Source: an uncultured Chloroflexia bacterium (GTDB taxonomy: Bacteria > Chloroflexota > Limnocylindria > Limnocylindrales > CSP1-4). From it: a stretch of DNA of 64,000 bases. The DNA lies in the NCBI GenBank assembly GCA_963760735.1, contig CAVXEB010000004.1, positions 519,995 to 583,994 of the forward strand, in the 5' to 3' direction. Numbering within the stretch: position 1 is the stretch's first letter; the number at the start of each line of letters is the position of its first letter. Positions 40,337-47,741 of the stretch are shown piece after piece. The notes under the pieces are model-generated. The model did no database searches and was not told the origin of the DNA. It worked only from the letters and a program-made list of their open reading frames with translations. The position numbers and the translations under genes are program-made.

Positions 40337-40726
40337 ATGGCGGAACCCAAGAAGCACACGAGCGCGGCTGACCTGCTCGCGGACTGGCGGTCGGCCGGGC
40401 GGGACGCCGCAGCCGCTCATGCCGCAGAGAAGGTTGCCGAGATGGCGCTCGTTGCGGCCGCCCACGCCGAGGAGGCGGCCGACGAGGTCGCGATTGCCGC
40501 GGCCGCGGCGTTGGAAGCGGTCGATCGAGCACAGATCGCCGCGAATCGGGCACGAGCTGCCGCTCTCCAGGCAGGTGAGGCGGCCCACCTCGCGCTCACC
40601 ACTGCCGAGGGCGACCGGGTACGCGCCAGCGAAGGTGTGCAAGACGCGGAAGCGGCAGAGGCAGCAGCGCAGGAGCGATACCGCGGTGCGTCCGAGAAGG
40701 GATTCCCTCGCGGCCGCACAGGCTAG
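40337..40726 (+). CDS. Ala-rich hypothetical protein (129 aa)
   Basis: ATG at ~40337; MAEPKKHTSAADLLADWRSAGRDAAAAHAAEKVAEMALVAAAHAEEAADE... Confidence 0.35.
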   Translation: MAEPKKHTSAADLLADWRSAGRDAAAAHAAEKVAEMALVAAAHAEEAADEVAIAAAAALEAVDRAQIAANRARAAALQAGEAAHLALTTAEGDRVRASEGVQDAEAAEAAAQERYRGASEKGFPRGRTG

Positions 40727-40961
40727 CGGCCAGCGGTCGCCTCCCGGTCTTGCTGTCACACAAAGCCGGGAGCGCAGAGCGGCGGGACGGTGGTGACCCT
40801 AGCGCGGGTCGCTCATCTGCCAGTTATGTGGGTGACTGCGACCATCAGCAGGCGTACGGTCCGCGCCCACCCCGGCGCGCAGGTCTTCCCCCCGTCGTCG
40901 CGTCGGGGCGTCACCACGGTCGCCGGAGTACCGGCCGCGACCCCACCGTCAGGAGGTCGCG

Positions 40962-41200
40962 ATGTCCCGCCGATCCACGCCCGAACGTCTCCACGCGCCC
41001 GCCGCGAGGCAACGCGACAGCGCCTCATGGGCGAGGGCGAACTACCGGATCAGGCCGAGCACCTGGTCGCTCGGTGGGAGCTCCAGGCGGCTCAGGACGG
41101 CCTCGAGCGCGACGGTCGGTACTGGGAGAGGCCGGTCGGGCGTGGATGCTCGCCCAGCGGCGCTAGTCCGGAGACGGTTCACGGCGCCCAGGCAAGGTAG
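40962..41200 (+). CDS. Small repeated hypothetical gene, copy A (needs a 1-nt frame correction)
   Basis: MSRRSTPERLHA...RQRLMGEGELPDQAEHLVARWELQAAQDGLERDGRYWE; paralogue at 45596-45830 with a conserved 35-bp upstream. Confidence 0.3.
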
Positions 41201-41493
41201 GTCGTGCCGACCCACTGGAGGATGATTGCGACCGGCACCGACACGACCGGAACGAAGAACGAACGCAGCGGATGGTCTCGCCACCAGGCGATCGTGAGCC
41301 CGACCAGGATGAACCACGCTGCGAAGAAGAGATAGCTCGCCGGCGACGGGACGACCAGCAGCGGGTAGAGGAGGTACCAGTAGGCGCTCGCCACCTGGCC
41401 GACGATGCCGGCGATCCCGGCGAGGTGGGCCAGCGGCCGGTCGCGTATCACCTGTGTCACTTGATCGCCCTCACGGTGCCCGCCGCTCGGCAT
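41179..41493 (-). CDS. Small 3-TM membrane protein, hypothetical
   Basis: AGIAGIVGQVASAYWYLLYPLLVVPSPASYLFFAAWFILVGLTIAWW. Confidence 0.35.
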   Translation of the reverse strand: MPSGGHREGDQVTQVIRDRPLAHLAGIAGIVGQVASAYWYLLYPLLVVPSPASYLFFAAWFILVGLTIAWWRDHPLRSFFVPVVSVPVAIILQWVGTTYLAWAP

Positions 41494-41689
41494 GGGTTTG
41501 ACCTCGCGTCGGAGTTGCAACTCCCTGTGGTCCTGCCGTCAAGGAGACGCTTCGTTCGCCCGTCCGTTACGCAGTCGCAGCCAAGCGGCGGCCCGCCGTC
41601 GCCGTCGGTCCAGCCCGAGGGCCGGCCGCTGGATCTCTCGCTACTGGAGGGCTCGGTAACAATGGCGCCCCACTCTGCGTTCCAGTGAC

Positions 41690-42262
41690 GTGACGAACGT
41701 ACAGAGTCAACTCGAGGCTGGGGACCAACCGCCTGCCCTCGAACGGCCAAGGAGTTCCCGGGCCGACGAGGCCACCCTCACCGCGCTCTACGAGGAGCAC
41801 AGCAGCGAGATCCTTGGGTTCCTCGTTCGGATGACTCGGGATCGCGGCGCGGCCGAGGACGTGCTCCAGGAGACCTTCGTCAGCCTGATCTCCGAGTCCC
41901 GTGCCGGCAAGATGCCCGACCTCGTCAGGCCTTGGCTGTATCGAACCGCTACGAACGCGGTGATCAGTCGCTCGCGCCGTCGGTTGGCACTTGCGCGTCT
42001 CCTGCCACGCCTCCTCGACCGCCGCGAGCCGGAACAGCCGGAGGCCGAATCACTCCGGCTTGAACGCGAGTCCGACCTCCATGCTGCGCTGGCGCGGCTC
42101 GTTCCCGATGCACGTGCAGCCCTCCTGCTTGCCGCCCAGGGGTTCGCCGGCGCCGACATCGCACTTGCGATCGGACGGTCCGAGGGCGCCACCCGGACCC
42201 TGATGTGCCGAGCGCGCGAGGATCTCCGCCACGAGCTCGAAGCCGCGGAGGATCCGCGATGA
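41690..42262 (+). CDS. ECF-subfamily sigma-70 factor
   Basis: Region 2 (LQETFVSLI ... PWLYRTATNAVISRSRRR) and region 4 (LPDARAALLLAAQGFAGADIALAIGRSEGATRTLMCRAREDLR). Confidence 0.8.
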   Translation: MTNVQSQLEAGDQPPALERPRSSRADEATLTALYEEHSSEILGFLVRMTRDRGAAEDVLQETFVSLISESRAGKMPDLVRPWLYRTATNAVISRSRRRLALARLLPRLLDRREPEQPEAESLRLERESDLHAALARLVPDARAALLLAAQGFAGADIALAIGRSEGATRTLMCRAREDLRHELEAAEDPR

Positions 42263-43935
42263 CTCTTTCCCAGCGCTCGGTCCATGACCGCGCCCTTGAG
42301 CGTGCTGCGCGTGCCATCGACGGTCCGCTCTCCCCCGCCGAGGCAGCCGACCTCGAGGGCCACATCGCAAGCTGCCTCGCTTGTGCCCGCAGGGCGTCTG
42401 CCTTCCGGGCAGACGCGGCGGCCCTTTCGCTGCCCCTTGATCTCGAGCCCGGCCACCGCGTCGACCAAACGATCCGCGCGGCGATCATGCGGCCCGACAC
42501 CGGGCTCGGCGGCCGCCCCGGACGCTCCCTGCTGCTGGTGGTGGCGGCAGCCCTCATCGTCGTCGCGCTCGTGAGCGCAATGGCCGTTGGCGGCTTCTTC
42601 CTGCGCTCATTGCAGAGACCGCCGATCTCGGTCGATCCGAACCCGCCGCCGGTCGCCGTGGTGAGCCCCGCGCCGACCACCCCACCGATCGAGGTTGGCG
42701 AGACGTGGGACGCGATGGACTTCCAGGTTGGTTCGGACGGACTGCTCGAGGCCATCACGTTCGACGGGACGAGCCTCGTCGGTGTCGGTCGCGGGAGCTG
42801 CGTGGTCGACTCCAACGCCTCGGGCTCGTGCCATGGCGCTGCCTGGACGGCGGGACCGGGGGAGCCATTGGCCGGCGCACCCGAGCAACCCGGGCTCGAG
42901 ATGGGGACCGGGACGGCGCCGAGTGGTCCTGAGAAGGGGATCTTCGATGTCGTCGCCGGACCGGCGGGTCTGGTCGCCGTCGGGTACGACTACAACCCTC
43001 CGCGCTCCTCGTGCACGATCGCACCGTGCACGTCCGGGCCTGCTGTCTGGCGTTCGGCGGACGGCCAGACGTGGGAGCGGATCCCGATCGATCTCGGGCC
43101 GGGCGTCATCGATCGGTTCTCCGATCCGATCGCGGCGATTGCCGCTGGGCCGCACGGCTACATCATGGTTGGGTTCGCGTCGGATCAGGGGGTACCGGGT
43201 CCGGATGTTCGAGCCCGAGCCACCGCATGGACGTCTCCGGACGGCACGACCTGGACCCGAGCAATCGACTCTGCCGAGATGGACGTCGGGCCGTGCGTGG
43301 ACACCCGCGAGACGCGAAGCTGCGGTGGCATGCGCGCCGTCGCCGTCACGCCGAGCGGGTTCGTCGCGGTCGGTGAGGTGCGAACGAGCTCGGCGCCGGA
43401 CCAGCCACCCCAGCCGGCGGCATGGACCTCGCTCGACGGCCTGAGGTGGACGAGGGTGTCCGACGGGCTCGGCTTCGGTGCTGAGACCGTCAACGTCGGC
43501 GGCTCCCTGTCGGGCGTGACGGCAGGCGGGCCGGGCCTCGTAGCGGTCGGCAGTGCCTGCAGGCCGGATTGCGGTTCGGCCTACGCCAACGGATTGGTCG
43601 CCACATCGGTCGACGGGTCGACATGGAGCCTCACCATTCTGGACGCCGCGAGCGAGCTGATCGACGTCACCACGAGTGGCCGATCATTGTTCGCCCCGGG
43701 CGTGCGACAGTCTGCGAGCGGGCCTGCGGAGCTCCAGCTCTGGCGATCCGATGACAGCGGCGTCACCTGGCAGCGGGTGACCGGCCTCCCAACAACCCCC
43801 GATGCCCTCGGCTACAGGGCCGTCGATATCGCCGCAACTGCGAATCGGGTGGTCATCGCTGGCTGGGCAGAGGTCACGGGCGGCGACACCTTCCGGAACT
43901 TCGGCTTCTCCAGCCCGGCGGCTCGATCGACATAA
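42259..43935 (+). CDS. Anti-sigma factor (zinc-finger type) with one TM and a large extracytoplasmic BNR/Asp-box beta-propeller domain
   Basis: HIASCLACARRASAF (ZAS-like); TM LLLVVAAALIVVALVSAMAV; five S-x-D-G-x-T-W repeats (WRSADGQTWERI, WTSPDGTTWTRA, WTSLDGLRWTRV, ATSVDGSTWSL, WRSDDSGVTWQRV); start overlaps the sigma stop. Confidence 0.6.
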   Translation: MTLSQRSVHDRALERAARAIDGPLSPAEAADLEGHIASCLACARRASAFRADAAALSLPLDLEPGHRVDQTIRAAIMRPDTGLGGRPGRSLLLVVAAALIVVALVSAMAVGGFFLRSLQRPPISVDPNPPPVAVVSPAPTTPPIEVGETWDAMDFQVGSDGLLEAITFDGTSLVGVGRGSCVVDSNASGSCHGAAWTAGPGEPLAGAPEQPGLEMGTGTAPSGPEKGIFDVVAGPAGLVAVGYDYNPPRSSCTIAPCTSGPAVWRSADGQTWERIPIDLGPGVIDRFSDPIAAIAAGPHGYIMVGFASDQGVPGPDVRARATAWTSPDGTTWTRAIDSAEMDVGPCVDTRETRSCGGMRAVAVTPSGFVAVGEVRTSSAPDQPPQPAAWTSLDGLRWTRVSDGLGFGAETVNVGGSLSGVTAGGPGLVAVGSACRPDCGSAYANGLVATSVDGSTWSLTILDAASELIDVTTSGRSLFAPGVRQSASGPAELQLWRSDDSGVTWQRVTGLPTTPDALGYRAVDIAATANRVVIAGWAEVTGGDTFRNFGFSSPAARST

Positions 43936-44062
43936 GGGGGCTTCCGAGATGGCCGCGCCGCGATCTTGGTTCGGAGCCGCGGTTCGCACACGGACGGTTC
44001 AGCCTCGAGGGACGTAGCCGACGGCGGCGCGGAGCGGCGGGCCGGTCGCCGACGGCGACTCG

Positions 44063-44530
44063 TCAGACTTGATCCCTACCGGCGGGTCTGCTGGCCCTCG
44101 CGAGCCACCGGGCCATGGAGCGGATGCCCGTCACGATCACGTAAATGGGAGCGCCGAGGAACCCCAGCCAGAACGCGTAGTAGAACGCTGCGAAGACCGC
44201 GTAACCGAGGTCGTGCCCGCTGGCAATGGCGGCGGCGATGCCGACAGTCGCGCCCGCGGTCAGGAAACCGAGGACGAGCGTCAACATCCCCAGCCACGTA
44301 CGCGACGCGATCGCCGCGACGAACCCGATCGCCAGGCCCGCGAAGATCTCGGCAGCGAGGTACCCGGTGAGCGGGTTGTAGACGCCGAGGAACTTGCCGA
44401 GCGTCGACTCGAAAAGCAGCGCCAGGGCACCACCGGCCCAGCCCATGACAAACGGCGCCCAGATCCGGAGACGACTCGCGTCGCGAACGATAACGTCGTG
44501 GGCGGGGTCCTCTTCCATGGCAGGCAGCAT
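44063..44530 (-). CDS. Hypothetical 4-TM membrane protein
   Basis: Coding-like ORF with four hydrophobic helices (FVMGWAGGALALLF..., IFAGLAIGFVAAIA...). Confidence 0.4.
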   Translation of the reverse strand: MLPAMEEDPAHDVIVRDASRLRIWAPFVMGWAGGALALLFESTLGKFLGVYNPLTGYLAAEIFAGLAIGFVAAIASRTWLGMLTLVLGFLTAGATVGIAAAIASGHDLGYAVFAAFYYAFWLGFLGAPIYVIVTGIRSMARWLARASRPAGRDQV

Positions 44531-44647
44531 ATAAGCCCGCCGTCGCGGCCGGTCTAGCTGTCACACGTAGCCGGCGCGCGGCGCGGGGGGCCGACGAGAC
44601 GGTAGCGGCGGTGGCCTACCTGCGGCCTATCGGCGTTCGCTGCGACC

Positions 44648-45235
44648 CTACGGCTTGGGGCCCTTTGGACCGTGACCGTTGCCCATGATCCAGCCGATGC
44701 CGGGACCGATCGAGAGCTTGAGCTCGTGCTTGATCTGGCCCCAGCCCTTGCCGGCTTCGCGCATGGCCAGGATCTGCGCGGGCGTCTTGCCGCCCGCGTG
44801 CGCGAAGGCGAAGACGCGGACCGCGCCACCGACCCCGACCTTACCGGCAAGGTCGCTCACCTGGGCGGGTGTCGCGGTGATACCAGCATCCTTCAGCCGA
44901 CTCACGATCCGCGCGATCTCATCGGCAGACGGCGGAGCCTCTGGTGCCTCCGTAGCCTCGGCGGCCTCGGGTGCCTCCGACTCTTTGGACTGCGCAGTCG
45001 CGCTGGGCGCGGTCGACGATGCGGCGGGGATCGCAGCGGAGGCACGCGGTGACGCAACGGTGCCAACGGAAGCGCTCGGCGACGTAGACGGCACAGCGGA
45101 AGGTGTCGAGCCGGCAGATGCGTCGGGACTGCCGCTCGGAGACGCGGAAGGATCGGCAGCGAGAACGGTGCCCGTGAGGAGGACCAACGCGGCGAGGGCA
45201 GCCGTGCCCCGTGCCGCGCTGGATCGGACCTTCAT
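44648..45235 (-). CDS. Secreted Ser/Pro/Ala-rich protein with conserved C-terminal domain, hypothetical
   Basis: ATG at 45235 with GGAGG RBS; signal peptide MKVRSSAARGTAALAALVLLTGTVLAA; C-terminal IARIVSRLKDAGITATPAQVSDLAGKVGVGGAVRVFAFAHAGG. Confidence 0.45.
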   Translation of the reverse strand: MKVRSSAARGTAALAALVLLTGTVLAADPSASPSGSPDASAGSTPSAVPSTSPSASVGTVASPRASAAIPAASSTAPSATAQSKESEAPEAAEATEAPEAPPSADEIARIVSRLKDAGITATPAQVSDLAGKVGVGGAVRVFAFAHAGGKTPAQILAMREAGKGWGQIKHELKLSIGPGIGWIMGNGHGPKGPKP

Positions 45236-45595
45236 CGCATCGAACCTCCGCTGCGATTGTCGCCAGCCACAGACTGGGCCGGGTAGTTGTCCAGTTCGAA
45301 AAACGGTGCGAGCCTGCACCGTGTGATCGAGGCCAAACCGCCCGCCGGGTGAGCCGACGGGCGGGTCCGACCCCCCTGTCGGCACCATCGAGAACGAACT
45401 GCCGGATGACCCGTTAGGGCGCGGGTGTGCGGCACAGCGGTTCACAAACCCGCGTTGCGTGGGGCTTATTCGAGCGTGATCCGACGCGTAGAGTCCTCGC
45501 CAACCCCGGCGCCCAGTGTCCCCCCGCACTGCCGCGATGGGGCTGATCCACGGTCGCCGGAGTACCGGCCGCGACCCCATCGCAGGAGGTCGCCC

Positions 45596-45830
45596 GATGT
45601 CTCGCCGATCGACGCCCGAACGTCTCCACGCCGCCCGCCGCGAGGTCACGCGGCAGCGCCTCATGGGCGAGGGCGGGCTACCGGATGAAGCCGAGCGGCT
45701 GGTTGCCTAGTGGGAGCTCCAGGCGGCGCGTGACGGCCTCGAGCGGGACGGGCGGTACTGGGAGGCGGGCTGGGCGTCGATGCTCGCCAAGCGGCGCCTC
45801 GTCTGCGGCTGACCTCGGCCTCGCGATCAA
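45596..45830 (+). pseudogene. Small repeated hypothetical gene, copy B, with an in-frame TAG where copy A has CGG
   Basis: MSRRSTPERLHAARREVTRQRLMGEGGLPDEAERLVA*WELQAARDGLERDGRYWEAGW... Confidence 0.3.
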
Positions 45831-45835
45831 CGAGA

Positions 45836-46420
45836 TCAGCCGTGCAGCGTTGGCCGGTAGATGAGCTCCAGGGTGTGGCCGTCGAGTGTTCGGCTCTCGA
45901 TCAACTCGAGGTCGAAGTCGGCCGCATCCTCGAAGATCCGGCGCGTTCCGGTCTGACCCGTGACGACGGGGAAGATGGTGACCTGCACGCGGTCGACCAG
46001 GCCGGCGGCCATGAGCGCCCGGTTCATTGACAGGCTGCCGTGCGAGCGCAGAGGCACATTGGACTCCTCCTTGAGCCGGGCGACCACGTCGACGGCGTCG
46101 CCGCGCACGAGGGTCGCGTCGGGCCAATCGAGGGGTTCTTCGAGCGTCGTCGAGACGACCGTGGTCGGCAGGTTCCTCAGCGCGCCGTTGACCGGGTCGA
46201 CGTCCTTCAAGAACCCGGTTCGCGGGCCAATGGACTGCATGAACATCCGAATCGTGCTCGCGCCGAGGACCAGCCGCTGCGGCTCCCGATAGAGGGCGAG
46301 ACGGCGGTCGAGGAACTCCGGCCCCTGCTTGCCCCAGTAACCGCCCCAATCGCCTTCGGCGCCGTAGGAGCCGTAGCCGTCGAGGGTCGAGAACACGTCG
46401 TAGGTGTAGAGAGCGGTCAA
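45836..46420 (-). CDS. Dihydrofolate-reductase-family protein (RibD C-terminal-like, YwjB-type)
   Basis: 194 aa; LVLGASTIRMF ... GHTLELIYRPTLHG; full-length source of the duplicated 5' fragment at 30055-30466. Confidence 0.7.
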   Translation of the reverse strand: MTALYTYDVFSTLDGYGSYGAEGDWGGYWGKQGPEFLDRRLALYREPQRLVLGASTIRMFMQSIGPRTGFLKDVDPVNGALRNLPTTVVSTTLEEPLDWPDATLVRGDAVDVVARLKEESNVPLRSHGSLSMNRALMAAGLVDRVQVTIFPVVTGQTGTRRIFEDAADFDLELIESRTLDGHTLELIYRPTLHG

Positions 46421-46612
46421 GATGGTTTCCTCGCGTTTCCGGTTTGATCCGTGTGATGTTCGAGACTGGAAGCGACTCCGAAACTCGTCGGGCTTCGTCT
46501 ATCGCCCGTGTTCGAACACGGGCTGGTGCGTTGCCGCCAGTTGCATGGACACCTTCGTCCCAAGCGTGCGCGTCAGTGACCCGGTCCGCATGACCTCCCA
46601 CGGCCAGCGTCC

Positions 46613-47197
46613 ATGAGCGATCTGGCGATGTCAGCTACGAACGCCGCGTACCAGTCAGAACGACGGACTTTCGCTCATCGATGCGGAGCCTTACCGCCCG
46701 GGCATCCAACGAACTGCGGAAGGCCGAGTATCAATGCAAGGGAAAGGTTCATCGAGCCGCGACTGGTGCTCGCCTCGGAGTCCCGGGGCCGTCCGTTGGA
46801 ACTAGTCGGAGGGCAACGGTGGGACGCGATCCGGGACGACGTGTGCGGACCCCTGGCGATCCCGTCTGTGGGTCCGCTCAGGGGTCCGCTCGTATCTCGC
46901 GAGGGGTCCGGATGGCCGGTTTCCCGATCAGATTGGCTCCGGCGGGCTGGAGCCGGCCGTGTACTGAATCCGCAGGGGACCGCGGCGAGCGAGATCCCGC
47001 TCCCCCACCCCAGACGCTCGCGTGAGTGGCTTGAGGCGGCGCTGGTCGAGTGCGCCCAGTGCCACCAAGTGGTGGAACGACGCTCGCCGGTCCAGCGACA
47101 CTGCCGGGAGTGTCGTGCCTCACTGAAGGGATCCAAGAGCCGAGCAGACGCGGCGCGTGCACGACGTTCGGGACATCGTGCGCGCCCTGCTACCTGA
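46613..47197 (+). CDS. Hypothetical protein with C-terminal CxxC...CxxC zinc-ribbon (full copy of the cassette-associated gene)
   Basis: ...REWLEAALVECAQCHQVVERRSPVQRHCRECRASLKGSK; the 3' half is conserved at 23430-23640 (copy 1, N-terminally truncated). Confidence 0.4.
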   Translation: MSDLAMSATNAAYQSERRTFAHRCGALPPGHPTNCGRPSINARERFIEPRLVLASESRGRPLELVGGQRWDAIRDDVCGPLAIPSVGPLRGPLVSREGSGWPVSRSDWLRRAGAGRVLNPQGTAASEIPLPHPRRSREWLEAALVECAQCHQVVERRSPVQRHCRECRASLKGSKSRADAARARRSGHRARPAT

Positions 47198-47320
47198 CCC
47201 CAGAACTGACGAACGGGACAATGAGGTTCAAGAGGCATAGCCCCGCGACCAGCGACCTTCCGATCACGATGCGGCTGGCCGAGCCGCCCGAGCCCTTCGA
47301 CTGGCTGCGCAGCGCATGAG
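46900..47320. repeat. Repeat-family copy 3 (the longest): Zn-ribbon gene 3' end + conserved leader/uORF
   Basis: Aligns with 23420-23860 and 31591-31680. Confidence 0.6.
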
Positions 47321-47732
47321 GCGACGGGCTACCCGCCGCGCAGCCGAGCGCGCCTCCGACCGCGAGGTCGGCGTCGTTGCGGCCGTCCTCGCCGCCGGGT
47401 CGGAGAAAGCGGCTGCCCACCGACTCGGGCTGTCGCACTCGACCGTGAAGCACCACCTTGCGAATGCGAGGTCGAAGGTCGGGGCGGAGACGATGGCGCA
47501 GCTGGTGTGGATCCTAGCGGAGCGGCTGCCGGATCCCGAGGGCATGGTGCAGGACGGCCCGGTCTGGCCGCAGAAACGTGGGACCGGCGGTCGACGCAGG
47601 GCGGCGGAGTCGCGCGGTGAGGCGAAGCATGGTTTCCGAACATCTCGATCCGATGCCATCGCGGAATTCGGTGACGCCCTGAGCCCGAAATCGGTCCGAG
47701 CGGCAGGGTCCAGCGGCCCCAATCGTCTGTAG
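47316..47732 (+). CDS. Small LuxR/GerE-type HTH regulator (cassette copy 3, with a longer C-terminal tail)
   Basis: DREVGVVAAVLAAGSEKAAAHRLGLSHSTVKHHLANARSKVGAETMAQLVWILAERL. Confidence 0.5.
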   Translation: MRRRATRRAAERASDREVGVVAAVLAAGSEKAAAHRLGLSHSTVKHHLANARSKVGAETMAQLVWILAERLPDPEGMVQDGPVWPQKRGTGGRRRAAESRGEAKHGFRTSRSDAIAEFGDALSPKSVRAAGSSGPNRL

Positions 47733-47741
47733 TCTCAGAGA

